A stretch of DNA of 64,000 nucleotides, taken from the NCBI GenBank assembly GCA_947484175.1, contig CANKOI010000004.1, positions 3,407 through 67,406 on the forward strand. The letters are read 5' to 3'. A program made the position numbers and the translations under genes. The notes below the pieces were generated by a model. The model saw only the letters and a list, made by a program, of their open reading frames with translations. It was not told where the DNA came from and ran no database searches. Below are positions 52,101 to 60,526 of this stretch, one piece after another. This stretch comes from Deltaproteobacteria bacterium (GTDB lineage Bacteria > Myxococcota_A > UBA796 > SXON01). Position 1 is the stretch's first letter. Every line of letters begins with the position of its first letter.

Positions 52101-52673
52101 ATCGCTCAGGAGGCCAGCGGCGAAGTGGCGCGCGCAGCGTGCGACGGCCGGATGGGGCCCGACGGCAAGGTGGTGGTGGTGGTGCTGCCGCGCCGCCGGG
52201 ACGGGGAGTCGCTCCCCGACGCGCTGCTCGGCACCGGTCTACGGGACCACGTCCAAGGCTACCTGAAGCGGCGCTGTCTGATCAACGTCACGCCCGTGGT
52301 GCGACTGGCCAGCTTCATGCCGATCGACATCAGCGTGACGTTGCGGCTGCGCCCCAACGCAAACCTGCTGGCGGTGCGCGAGGCGGCCCAGCGGTGGGTA
52401 GAAGCGTTCCTCGACCCCTATGTGGGCGGCTTCGACGGCAGCGGGTGGCCCTTCAAAGGCACCGTGTACAGTCAGGACTTCGCCAGGATGGTAGCTGACA
52501 TCCCCGACGTTCGGCACGTCATCGAAGTCCAACTCTTCGACGTGTCGGGGGAGAAGCGGCAACGGGGCGCCCCGGGTTGGGAGGAAGGCGAAGGGGTGCG
52601 CGAGATCGTGCTCACCGAGGCCGACCTGCTCAACGTGCGCCGCGTCCGGGTGAGAACCGAGGACGCCGAATGA
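49158..52673 (+). CDS. Putative baseplate assembly protein (baseplate J-like, eCIS type)
   Basis: PPNLDDRRYEDL...PEWTN...DPG.TLVQLFAW, FGNGIRG..P, GGRDAES, RAVT..DF, G..G.GWPF. Confidence 0.92.
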   Translation: MPIRPPNLDDRRYEDLLREARALIPQYTPEWTNLSDADPGMTLVQLFAWMTEMVIFRLNQVPDKTYIHFLNFIGEERKPARPAAAPLTLTLRGEGGIDLPPYARCATRQREDSTAVDFVTVDGLSVHGATITRVMAVRGGQRPAVREIPYTYLRDNPSALLFGGGRGVDVFDLDPVDYGPEAYTPDQFLYVSHEDLRLMDIEADGERPLGRLRLRRGGTSGDNLSVAAFFQWEYPSAEGWLPVAMDLDPEESPGLPENTIVTALPGILPLDHFGNNAAFGLPEPVATAKWWLRGRLDFERWLAGRMLQDLEITWRDDRGGEERSINNWEVRATGRTLEFFLQDVPPIRGGWVLRFALVDRGVPSGRTSYLPRYRWYYRRGEGWEEVPKERVRTDGTVVLLTGPLTDMATDGYNLRAERIETVFLQGFIPELELDLTWVRPIELAMFCGDDPRRLEPLLVDEGPWSPFQLATMMPPTIGRKWYVGSDLFENRKQEPVVVELDVVFDMNGTAIPEPSELYLLQLTYRAEDNWRVVWSENKIFTSFTFADLDGTKELDKKARPVGPRTITVLLDPKTQLKGLARHDIDGRESTWLRFELVKSSLTGQDEKKEQHPIVPRILAVRLGVQNGVGAKSYDQPLPGPRMAQVDDRAENPRLTRAITRAVGRLGEFYPFFPFVELKDENQALYLQFSKPLPAGRRHVVHVRTRGESFLPEGVEVHWEMLEAQAFGRHVWRRLHGPGEGAARPYQLTRTGTLEFPLPDPPEAGPDGLWLRARFALPVGATLDILPQMAPITHVLLNTVEVVNLITVRTERFSGLGVPNQTVQLRNAPVFLHDLEHERSLFARPETFPDIVVYVEEPDGAVEPWSRVPDGALLTASKDDRIFVVDATEGTLTFGNGIRGRMLPVGSANVVVDVYRAVPGARGNVAAGDINVMEGYADSVKAENLLPASGGRDAESIDEIIRRAPSLLTSRDRAVTQTDFAIIAQEASGEVARAACDGRMGPDGKVVVVVLPRRRDGESLPDALLGTGLRDHVQGYLKRRCLINVTPVVRLASFMPIDISVTLRLRPNANLLAVREAAQRWVEAFLDPYVGGFDGSGWPFKGTVYSQDFARMVADIPDVRHVIEVQLFDVSGEKRQRGAPGWEEGEGVREIVLTEADLLNVRRVRVRTEDAE

Positions 52674-53758
52674 CCCTCGCGCTCGTGCGTCAGTCTGGCC
52701 CCCGCGGCAGCTCCGACTTCCGTTACCTCGAGGATGTCGTGCGGATCGGGTACCCCGTGCGCGAGGCCCAGACGTACCTGAACCGGCACCTCGGCAACCC
52801 GGTCGGGTATCGGCTCGTCGAAGCGTTGCGGGGCGAGCGGGTCGGCTGTGTGCGGTCCATCGAGGTGCAGACGGCAGCCGGCGGCGAGCCTCTCTTCGTG
52901 CGCTCCACACGGCGCCTTCCCGACGGTTCGCCCGCCAGCCACTACACGCCCGATGAGCTGGTGACGGTGAGCGCGGAGGTGGTGACGCCCGACGGTCGCC
53001 CGCCCGGCGGGCTGGGCGCGCGCGACCGGGTGGTGCTCCATGTGCCGGTGCGCGGGTACCTGCGCTTCCTGCCAGGGCTGTACCAAGGCGCCGTTCCTGC
53101 CCAACGCCGCGACATCGTGCGGGCGGACGAAGCCTCCGCGCGGAACTGGGGGGCCCCGGTGGCCGTGCACTCCACCGAGGTGCAGGCCTTCAACGCCGAG
53201 GCGCTCCGTCGGTTCCTCGCCATCTTCCAGCACGTGATGACGACCATCACCGACCGGATCGACGGCCTTCCGCAGCTCATCGACCCCATCGCCACCGATC
53301 CCCGCTTCTTGCCGTGGATCGCTAGCTGGGTGAGCTTTCCGCTCGACAGCTCCCTGCCGATCCACCAACAGCGGGAACTGGTACGGCGAGCGATCCGCCT
53401 GTACCGCACGCGCGGCACCGTGGCGGGCGTGGAGGAGATGATCCGGGTGCTCACGGCTGCGCCCGTCCGCGTGGCCGAGACCCGGCACCCCAATCCCTTC
53501 ACCCTTGGCCGCAGCACCCTCGCTGGGGGCCGAACCGTCGATGCCCGCTACCTGCGCGGGGAGCCCGCAGGGCACTTCGTAGCCGAACCCGGCCGGGCGG
53601 CCACGTCGTTCTTCGCCTTGGTGCTGGAGCCGGCCAACCAATTCAAGAAACGTTTCGGCGAGCGGGCGCCCGGCGTGCTCCGGCGCATCTCCCAGATCGT
53701 GTCCAGCGAAAAGCCCGGCCACGTGTCCTTCACCATCCTGTTTGACGAGGGTCGGTAG
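52670..53758 (+). CDS. Phage tail protein I-like (Tail_P2_I) baseplate wedge protein with N-terminal extension
   Basis: YLRFLPGLY, RFLAIF, DP...FLPWIASWV, LYRTRGTVAG, EKPGHV. Confidence 0.88.
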   Translation: MTLALVRQSGPRGSSDFRYLEDVVRIGYPVREAQTYLNRHLGNPVGYRLVEALRGERVGCVRSIEVQTAAGGEPLFVRSTRRLPDGSPASHYTPDELVTVSAEVVTPDGRPPGGLGARDRVVLHVPVRGYLRFLPGLYQGAVPAQRRDIVRADEASARNWGAPVAVHSTEVQAFNAEALRRFLAIFQHVMTTITDRIDGLPQLIDPIATDPRFLPWIASWVSFPLDSSLPIHQQRELVRRAIRLYRTRGTVAGVEEMIRVLTAAPVRVAETRHPNPFTLGRSTLAGGRTVDARYLRGEPAGHFVAEPGRAATSFFALVLEPANQFKKRFGERAPGVLRRISQIVSSEKPGHVSFTILFDEGR

Positions 53759-53760
53759 CC

Positions 53761-54702
53761 GTGCAGCCCAAGAACTTCTTCCAGCTCAGCCGCCTGCGCG
53801 CCTTCGAGGGCCTCTGCCTTACGGCCCGCGACCTCGAGGACGAACAATCCTACCACCGCCGCAACCTGCAGCGACACGTGCTCTACATGCACGGGCACGG
53901 CATCGTGCAGGGCCTCCAGGTGGAGATCGAACAGCGCAAGGACAAATACGTGGCCGTGATCCAGGGCGGCTACGGGGTGACCCGCATCGGTCAGGGCGTT
54001 CTGCTCGCGGACGCGGTGGCCGTTCCGCTGGAGGTGCCCCGTCAGGACGGCGAGTACATGCTGTGGCTCTTCCACGTTGAAGGCGCGGATGAGGCGGAGC
54101 TGCGGGCCATTTTCGACACGGCCGAGCAATCCGCGGCGAGGGTGAAAGAGTCCTGCGCGCCCCGCCTTCACGGAATCGACGAAGATCAGCCCGACGCGAT
54201 CGCGCTCACCCGCATCAACGTGCGCCTCGGTCGCATGGTGCAGGTCCTCTTGCCCGTGCCGCGCGCGGGGCGACAGGCCCGGGCGGCCGAGAGTTACCTC
54301 AAACCACGGGTTTCGGACTTCATCCGCCTGAACAAGAGCGTGGTGCAAAACCTCTTCCGTACCGCCCAGCTCTCAGAGCTCGACTTGGGCGCACTGGGGT
54401 TCTTCGGCTCCTTGGTGGCCAGCGAATTCCTGCTCATCGAAGAAGGTACCAGCGACCGCGTACTCTACCGCAGCGCGGGCTCCCTGATCGCCTACGCCCA
54501 CGACTTCTACAACCCGCTTCCCCGCTCGCTCGAACGGGTGGAAAAATTCAAGGAGTTCGTGCGCCGGGTGAACGCCGAGGTGCCCGGCGCCGATCAGGGC
54601 GACGAGATCTGGCTGCGCTGGTTCGACAAGTTTGAGCGCCTGCTGCAGCCGCTCACCAAGATCGCGGAAGAGCTCGAGAAGACGGTGGAAGCGCAACGAT
54701 AG
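53761..54702 (+). CDS. eCIS-associated protein (baseplate/tail-fibre attachment N-terminal domain)
   Basis: RAFEGLCLTARDLEDEQSYH...HGHGIVQGLQV...GYGVT..GQ motif, seen in genes following eCIS baseplates. Confidence 0.7.
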   Translation: MQPKNFFQLSRLRAFEGLCLTARDLEDEQSYHRRNLQRHVLYMHGHGIVQGLQVEIEQRKDKYVAVIQGGYGVTRIGQGVLLADAVAVPLEVPRQDGEYMLWLFHVEGADEAELRAIFDTAEQSAARVKESCAPRLHGIDEDQPDAIALTRINVRLGRMVQVLLPVPRAGRQARAAESYLKPRVSDFIRLNKSVVQNLFRTAQLSELDLGALGFFGSLVASEFLLIEEGTSDRVLYRSAGSLIAYAHDFYNPLPRSLERVEKFKEFVRRVNAEVPGADQGDEIWLRWFDKFERLLQPLTKIAEELEKTVEAQR

Positions 54703-54730
54703 GGGCGCAAACCGCATCCTGCACCCGGTG

Positions 54731-55582
54731 CTACCCGTACCTGGCGCAGAGAGCCCGCGCCGCCGCGCCATATTCGGGATGCCGCGTGCTGTAGTGGAGT
54801 TGGGCTTCGAGGAGCCCGACAGGGTTGCCCGTGTCGAAGTGCGCACCCGAAAAGACGTGACCGTGCGCGAGCGGAAGGCGAGCCAAGGCGTCGGTGAGCT
54901 GGATTTCTCCCCCTGCACCGGGCGGCGTGGTGCGGAGGAGCTCGAAGATCGTTGGCGGGAGCACATAGCGGCCCACGATCGACAAGGTGCTGGGCGCATC
55001 GGCGGGCGCCGGCTTCTCAACCATTCGTTCGATGCGCATGCGGTCGGGGCGCACCATCGGTCCCGCACAGATGCCGTACCGGTTGGTGCGCTCCCGGGGC
55101 ACGTTCTTCAGCGCCACCACCGCCCCGCCCTCTTCCGCGTGGACCCGCAGCAGCTGACCCACCACCGGCTCCTCCGCATCGACGATGTCGTCGGCGAGGA
55201 TCACCACGAAATCCTCGTCACCCACGGCGTGCTCCGCACACAGCACCGCATGCCCGAGACCCCGCATGTGGTCCTGCCGCACGCAGACCACCCTCGCGAG
55301 CGACGCGACCCTACGCACTTCGCCCAGCAACGCCAGCTTGCCGGCCGCTTCAAGCGTGGCCTCCAACGCTGGAGCACGATCGAAGTAGTCCTCCACGGCA
55401 CCCTTGCCGCGAGAGGTGACCAAGACAACGTCGGTGATGCCCGCCGCCACCGCCTCGGCGATCACGTACTCCAAGCAGGGCCGGTCCACGATCGGCAACA
55501 ACTCCTTCGGCACCGCCTTGGTGAGCGGCAGAAAGCGCGTGCCCAGACCTGCCACCGGCAGCACCGCCCGGGTGACAGGCAC
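54731..55582 (-). CDS. galU: UTP--glucose-1-phosphate uridylyltransferase
   Basis: AVLPVAGLGTRFLPLTKAVPKELLP, GLGHAV, VEKP, GGEIQLTDA. Confidence 0.95.
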   Translation of the reverse strand: MPVTRAVLPVAGLGTRFLPLTKAVPKELLPIVDRPCLEYVIAEAVAAGITDVVLVTSRGKGAVEDYFDRAPALEATLEAAGKLALLGEVRRVASLARVVCVRQDHMRGLGHAVLCAEHAVGDEDFVVILADDIVDAEEPVVGQLLRVHAEEGGAVVALKNVPRERTNRYGICAGPMVRPDRMRIERMVEKPAPADAPSTLSIVGRYVLPPTIFELLRTTPPGAGGEIQLTDALARLPLAHGHVFSGAHFDTGNPVGLLEAQLHYSTRHPEYGAAARALCARYG

Positions 55583-55585
55583 CGG

Positions 55586-55951
55586 CTACATGTCCCGAGT
55601 GGAACGCTCGAGCTGCTCGAGTTCGGTCTTGCAGTCGATGCAGTGCGTGGCCACCGGACGGGCCATCAGGCGTTTCTCAGCGATCTCGTTGCCACAGCTC
55701 AGACAGGTGCCGTAGTCGCCCACGTCGAGCCGCACGATGGCTTCTTTGATCTTGTGGATGAGCACCCGCTCCCGATCGCGGATGCGCAGCTGGAAGTCGC
55801 GATTCGACTCCATCGAGGCGAGATCGATCGCGTCGGCGAGGTTTTCCTTTTCGACGGTAAGGTCGCCCAGCGTGGCGCCGGCCTCACTCAGCAGCGCCCG
55901 CAGGCGCTCGTTGAGGAGATTGCGGAAGAACTCGAGACGATCCGGCTCCAT
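55586..55951 (-). CDS. dksA: RNA polymerase-binding protein DksA
   Basis: DAIDLASME coiled-coil tip, RDRER, C4 zinc finger CLSC...CIDC. Confidence 0.92.
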   Translation of the reverse strand: MEPDRLEFFRNLLNERLRALLSEAGATLGDLTVEKENLADAIDLASMESNRDFQLRIRDRERVLIHKIKEAIVRLDVGDYGTCLSCGNEIAEKRLMARPVATHCIDCKTELEQLERSTRDM

Positions 55952-56032
55952 GACGACTCCAGTGACACCGTGAACAACCGTTGCAGCCCGGGAGGTTGCC
56001 CGCGGATCACAAGTTCTTTACTACTGCCCGCC

Positions 56033-56926
56033 ATGCCACTCCGCAAGCTCCAGCCGCTCCTGATCGGTGCTTTGTTCGTCGCCGTCGTGTCGCCGGCCCA
56101 CGCCGACGAACGGAGTGGAGCGCGTTCGGCCGGTCGCGGAGGCGTGGGACTGGCGAACGGCAGCGACGTCGGGGACATCGCTCGCAATGTGGCTGCTGTC
56201 TCGCTGAGCGAACGCTACGATCTCGTGGCGGGGGGAGTTGCCGGGCCCGACGACACCTGGCTCGGGAGAATTTCGGCCGCCGACTCGCGCACCAGCGCCG
56301 TGACCCTCGGCGCTTCGTACAGCTACCGGGTGGACAACGTGGCGGCGCCTTTGAGCGCGCTGCCGGGTTGGGTGCTGGCCGACGACGAACTCACCAACAC
56401 CACCTCGCACCAGGGCGTGGCCGTCAGCATGGCCTACCCCTTCCTCGGCCGAAAGATGTCGGTGGCGGCCACCGGGCGCTACGACTGGCGCGACTCCGAG
56501 CAGGAGGGCGAGTCCGACGGATTCAATTTCGGGATCAGCGGCGCCGCCAAACCTTGGGAGCCCGTGACGGTGGCGGTGAGCGTGAACAATGCGCTCGACC
56601 TCGGCTACCCGGACACGGAGCGCACCGTGGACGTCGGCGCGAGGTGGGAGCCCGGCCCCTACCTCGGCCTCGAAGTCGAGCTCCGCACCGAGTGGATGGG
56701 CGACCCCTTCGAAGAGTCGCTGGCGGAGCACGCCGGCGCCGACGTGGGACTCACCGAGTGGCTCAGGCTGAGCGGGGGATGGCAACACGAGGACGGCCTG
56801 CATGTCGTGGGAGGCGGACTGAGCCTGATGAGCGATAAGGCCGACCTCGACTACTCGATCCAAGGGGAGCTCGACAGCGAGCCCACCCGGCTTTGGCACT
56901 CGTTGGATCTGCGGGTTCACTTCTAG
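56033..56926 (+). CDS. Outer-membrane beta-barrel-like protein
   Basis: Signal peptide AHA, RSAGRGG, amphipathic strands, C-terminal Phe (LRVHF). Confidence 0.7.
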   Translation: MPLRKLQPLLIGALFVAVVSPAHADERSGARSAGRGGVGLANGSDVGDIARNVAAVSLSERYDLVAGGVAGPDDTWLGRISAADSRTSAVTLGASYSYRVDNVAAPLSALPGWVLADDELTNTTSHQGVAVSMAYPFLGRKMSVAATGRYDWRDSEQEGESDGFNFGISGAAKPWEPVTVAVSVNNALDLGYPDTERTVDVGARWEPGPYLGLEVELRTEWMGDPFEESLAEHAGADVGLTEWLRLSGGWQHEDGLHVVGGGLSLMSDKADLDYSIQGELDSEPTRLWHSLDLRVHF

Positions 56927-56932
56927 GCCGCC

Positions 56933-57979
56933 TCACGAACGAAGAAAGAAGATCACCGCCGGCGCCAGCACCGTGAACACGCAGCCGAGCAGGTAGACCA
57001 GGTGAACGGGACGGACAGCTCCGGTCCGGAGCGCTGTCCACGTCGCAGCACGCGGGTGAGGGGTGCGGGTGAGGTCGCCCAGCGCGCGCGCGCCGTCATT
57101 GTCGAACAGGAAGGGCCACCCCGTGAACCAGGCCACGCCGATGCCAACGTGCACGAAGGCGCGGGGCAGGGCCACGCTCTCGGCGGACACCGCAGACGCT
57201 ACCACCGCCGCTACGGCCGCCACGAGCAGGCTCACGGCTGGGCCGGCGAGGGCCACGGCGGCGTGCTGGGCACGCGACCCCAAGTACATGTCGGTGGTGT
57301 CGACATACACCCCACGCAGCCCTACCGCCACGCCGCGCACCTTGCGGCCGAAACCGACGACCGCCACGGCATGCCCCAGCTCATGCAAGACGAGGTGGAC
57401 CACGAAGGCGAGGGCGAGGAGCGGCAGCCGGGTAGCGAGCGGCGTGGCATCCACGCGCTGGTCGGCCACTATCGCGTACGCCCCCATCCCCAAGATGCCG
57501 AGGGGCACCGGCGACTGGTACCAGCTCACAAAGGGGGACAACCCCTTCCAGACGAACGCGGCCACCGCATGCGCGCCCGTCCAAGTGAGCTCCCGCCTCA
57601 GCCACGCCACGTGCGCGAAACGGCGCCGCAGGAAGCCTGCAGGCTCCACCTCCACCAGCCCCGCCTCGCGGAGCGCCTGAATGAAGCCCGAAACCCGAGA
57701 AACCGGCAAGGAGCCAAAGGTGACGAAGTAGGAAGTGGCGATCTCCGCCACCGTCGCGCGCCCGTCGATCAGGCCCCAGAGGTGCATCTCCTCGGCCCCG
57801 AGCCGCAGGTACACCTTGCCATCGGCGCTGGTGAGCACCCAAGCGCCGTCCACCTCCGTCAGCGACGCGGGCGCCGGCCGAGGCCGCATCTGCAGCCACG
57901 TTTCGCCCGAGTCCAAGCGGCGGACCTCAAAACGGCCGTCCGCGCCGCGCACGACCAATTCGAGAGGTCCCGGCGGCAC
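56933..57979 (-). CDS. PqqD/RRE domain fused to M50 (site-2-like) membrane metallopeptidase
   Basis: N-terminal YLRLGAEEMHLWGLIDGRATVAEI...LREAGLV; HELGH, YVDTTD, ALAGP, PFLFDNDG. Confidence 0.85.
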   Translation of the reverse strand: MPPGPLELVVRGADGRFEVRRLDSGETWLQMRPRPAPASLTEVDGAWVLTSADGKVYLRLGAEEMHLWGLIDGRATVAEIATSYFVTFGSLPVSRVSGFIQALREAGLVEVEPAGFLRRRFAHVAWLRRELTWTGAHAVAAFVWKGLSPFVSWYQSPVPLGILGMGAYAIVADQRVDATPLATRLPLLALAFVVHLVLHELGHAVAVVGFGRKVRGVAVGLRGVYVDTTDMYLGSRAQHAAVALAGPAVSLLVAAVAAVVASAVSAESVALPRAFVHVGIGVAWFTGWPFLFDNDGARALGDLTRTPHPRAATWTALRTGAVRPVHLVYLLGCVFTVLAPAVIFFLRS

Positions 57980-57982
57980 GAA

Positions 57983-58216
57983 TCAGGCCAAGTACTCGCC
58001 GCGAGCAAGAAACTCCGCGTTGAACGCCGCCGAGAACGAGCGAACGCGCTCGGGATCGCCGGTGGCCGACTCGATCGCGGCAACAGTCTCCTCGTCGAGC
58101 TCGTAGCCCTCGGCGAGCAGCGTGCCGCGCACATCGGCCACAAGCGCCGAGCGGAATTCCGCGTCGATAAGCGCGCGGCCAACGATGGTCTGGAGAACAG
58201 AAGGGACAGCGGACAT
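57983..58216 (-). CDS. NHLP-clan (Os1348/Franean1_4349-like) RiPP precursor peptide, 77 aa
   Basis: MSAVPSVLQTIVGRALIDAEFRSALVADVRGTLLAEGYELDEE leader matches I.GRA..D.EFR..L..D......GY.L..E; GGAG SD; core ...FNAEFLARGEYLA. Confidence 0.8.
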   Translation of the reverse strand: MSAVPSVLQTIVGRALIDAEFRSALVADVRGTLLAEGYELDEETVAAIESATGDPERVRSFSAAFNAEFLARGEYLA

Positions 58217-58291
58217 CAGCACTCCGGGTTCACAAGGAAGGATCGGCACCCACTATCCCGAGCATAAGGGCTGCGGCCGTCAATTCGCGGA

Positions 58292-59197
58292 TCAGGACGC
58301 AGTGACCGCCGCCAGACGCACCAGCGACACCCGAATCGTCAGGGCTCGGAGTCGGGCCCCGCGCTCCTCAAGGAAGCGGTCGAACTCACGGAGGCGCAGC
58401 TCGGCTGCAGGTGCGCGACAGTCTTCGAGCGCGCGCTCCGCCTCCGCCAGCATGGTTTCGAGGAGTGGGGAAAAGAGCAGCGCCCGCCGCACCTCCCCCG
58501 CTAGGCCCGAAGGCCCGGCCAGAGCTCGCGCGGCAGAAAGCAGGTAGGTGTTGGCGCCGCTGGACAGGTCACGTTCCCACCCGAGTACGTCGTTGACGCA
58601 ACCGTAGGAGCGAGCCAGACCGTGCACCAGCGGCCGCACCGCGGCGGCTCCCGTCCAATCCCCGGAGGCCGACATCACCGCGTAGAGCGGGAGCTCCGCC
58701 AGCGCACACTTCCTCGCATGAGCTTCGAAGTCCGCCGCGCTGTATCCGTCCGTGCGAAGCAACTGCCGTCGTTCGGCCTCTGTCTGTTCCGAGAACTCCA
58801 CCCAAGCCCGGCGCGCCTCCTGCGCGAAGCGTCCTTCGGTGTGGCGGTGCCAGAGCGCCATGGCATCCCACAACAGGGCGTTGCCCACTAGGAGCATCGG
58901 CGGGTTTCCGCGTGTTCCGGGCTCGTCGATCACGTTGTCCTGAATGCGCACGTACGCGTACGCCAGCGCAGTGGCATCCAACACATCGGCCATCACCTCC
59001 GGGGCGACCGGCTGCGGCATCCACAACGGGAGGTGGAGGAGCGGCGCCGCGTCGGCCTGGGTGAAGTACCCGGGACCGGCCCAGGTGAGGAACGCCGCGC
59101 CCTGCTCGCGGAGATGCGGAGGCAGGGAGGCAACCCTCGTCTCTAGGCGACTGAACACCGCTTGCAACGCCGGCCCGTTCTCCTCGTACGTCTTCAC
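58292..59197 (-). CDS. Class I isoprenoid-synthase-fold enzyme (ComQ-like prenyltransferase candidate)
   Basis: First Asp-rich motif YVRIQDNVIDE, then ARK, and second motif CVNDVLGWERDL..G..TY. Confidence 0.75.
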   Translation of the reverse strand: MKTYEENGPALQAVFSRLETRVASLPPHLREQGAAFLTWAGPGYFTQADAAPLLHLPLWMPQPVAPEVMADVLDATALAYAYVRIQDNVIDEPGTRGNPPMLLVGNALLWDAMALWHRHTEGRFAQEARRAWVEFSEQTEAERRQLLRTDGYSAADFEAHARKCALAELPLYAVMSASGDWTGAAAVRPLVHGLARSYGCVNDVLGWERDLSSGANTYLLSAARALAGPSGLAGEVRRALLFSPLLETMLAEAERALEDCRAPAAELRLREFDRFLEERGARLRALTIRVSLVRLAAVTAS

Positions 59198-59206
59198 GGT
59201 GTCCCG

Positions 59207-60526
59207 CTAACGCGGGGCCCTGCCTTCGCCGGGCCGCACCACCGCCCAGATCGTGGGAGTGCCGCTCTTGCCCTTCACCTTGACCGGCGGCATGCGGGCG
59301 CAAGGGAACTCGGCCTCAACGGCCGCATGCACCTCGTCGCTGATCACCAAGGAACGGCCGAGGTCGCGGCAAAGGCCTTGCAACCTCGCGGCAAAGTTCA
59401 CGGTGTCGCCGATCACGGTGAACTCAATGCGCTCAGCGGTGCCGACGTTTCCGGCGATGACGTCGCCATAGGCGATGCCGATGCCGATACGCAGCCCCAG
59501 CTCCCCGCCCACACCGGCCGCATCCAACTCGCGGACCTTGTCAAGGATCGCCGCGGCAGATCGGACTGCGTCGCCACAGGCGTCAGGGAGCTGGCGAGGA
59601 ACACCAAACACGGCCATCAACCCATCGCCAAGGAACTTGTCGAGGGTGCCGCCGTGCGCGAAAACGAGCGGCACGATCGCGCCGAACACGGTGTTCAGAA
59701 AGTCCACCACCGCCTCGGGCCTCTCGGCCTCCGAGCGGCGTGTGAAGTCGCGGATGTCCACGAACATCACGGCGGCACGGCGGCGTCGGCCCCCCAGCCC
59801 CATCGCCTCCGGGTTGTCCGCCACGTACTGCGCCGTAGCGGCCGAGAGGTACTTCCGAAAGTGCTGCTGCTGGCGCTGGGCCTCCTGTTTCTGCAACGTT
59901 TCGGTGGCCGACTGCGTCCACTGCAGCCGAAGGAGTCGGCCGAGCCCGCCGTACACCAGCCCCAGCACGAACAAGAAGCCCACAATGGTGTACTGGTCAG
60001 GGAGCGACACCATCTCCTTCCCGTACACGGCGTCGTCGGACGGGACGACATCCCCGCGGTCGACGGCGAGCCGTAGGAGAAAGAGCCGTTGCGCGGCGGC
60101 AAGCGCCCCCGCGAGCACGCTCACGCCGAAGTTCCCACCGAGGGCCGCGAGGAACATCACCATCGGGTAGAGCGCCACGAGAAGCGGCGCCAACAGCATC
60201 TCGTAGGCGCCGCTATAGTTGAGGTAGCTGCCTGCCGCGAACGCAGTGACGAACGAAACGTCCACCACCGCGCTCACCCACTTCGACCAGCGTGGCGCCG
60301 CCCCGGCGCGAGTGCGAAAGAAGACAAACGCCGCCCACGCGGTGAAGACCGCAGTGGTCGCCGAGACGAACGTGAGATTCGCGCTGCTGTTGCTCTCCCA
60401 GTTGCCCGCGATCGTCAGCATGCCCAGCACGCAGAACACCAGCCGTAGCTGGGAGGCGATGTGTTCGAATCGGGCCGCGTCGGCCGCCACCAGCTCGACG
60501 ATACGCTCGGGGGCGGGGGGCTTCAT
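59207..60526 (-). CDS. Membrane-bound class III adenylate cyclase
   Basis: About 6 TM helices; FVDIRDFT, DKFLGDG, EFTVIGDTVNFAARLQ; all catalytic and ATP-specifying residues present. Confidence 0.93.
   Translation of the reverse strand: MKPPAPERIVELVAADAARFEHIASQLRLVFCVLGMLTIAGNWESNSSANLTFVSATTAVFTAWAAFVFFRTRAGAAPRWSKWVSAVVDVSFVTAFAAGSYLNYSGAYEMLLAPLLVALYPMVMFLAALGGNFGVSVLAGALAAAQRLFLLRLAVDRGDVVPSDDAVYGKEMVSLPDQYTIVGFLFVLGLVYGGLGRLLRLQWTQSATETLQKQEAQRQQQHFRKYLSAATAQYVADNPEAMGLGGRRRRAAVMFVDIRDFTRRSEAERPEAVVDFLNTVFGAIVPLVFAHGGTLDKFLGDGLMAVFGVPRQLPDACGDAVRSAAAILDKVRELDAAGVGGELGLRIGIGIAYGDVIAGNVGTAERIEFTVIGDTVNFAARLQGLCRDLGRSLVISDEVHAAVEAEFPCARMPPVKVKGKSGTPTIWAVVRPGEGRAPR

Noticed and set aside
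48797-54702. Diversity-generating retroelement (four-helix bundle as Avd) targeting tail genes
   Set aside because: No reverse transcriptase and no TR/VR repeat pair seen.
49158-54702. Prophage
   Set aside because: No capsid, terminase, portal, integrase or lysis genes; the motifs fit eCIS-type baseplates.
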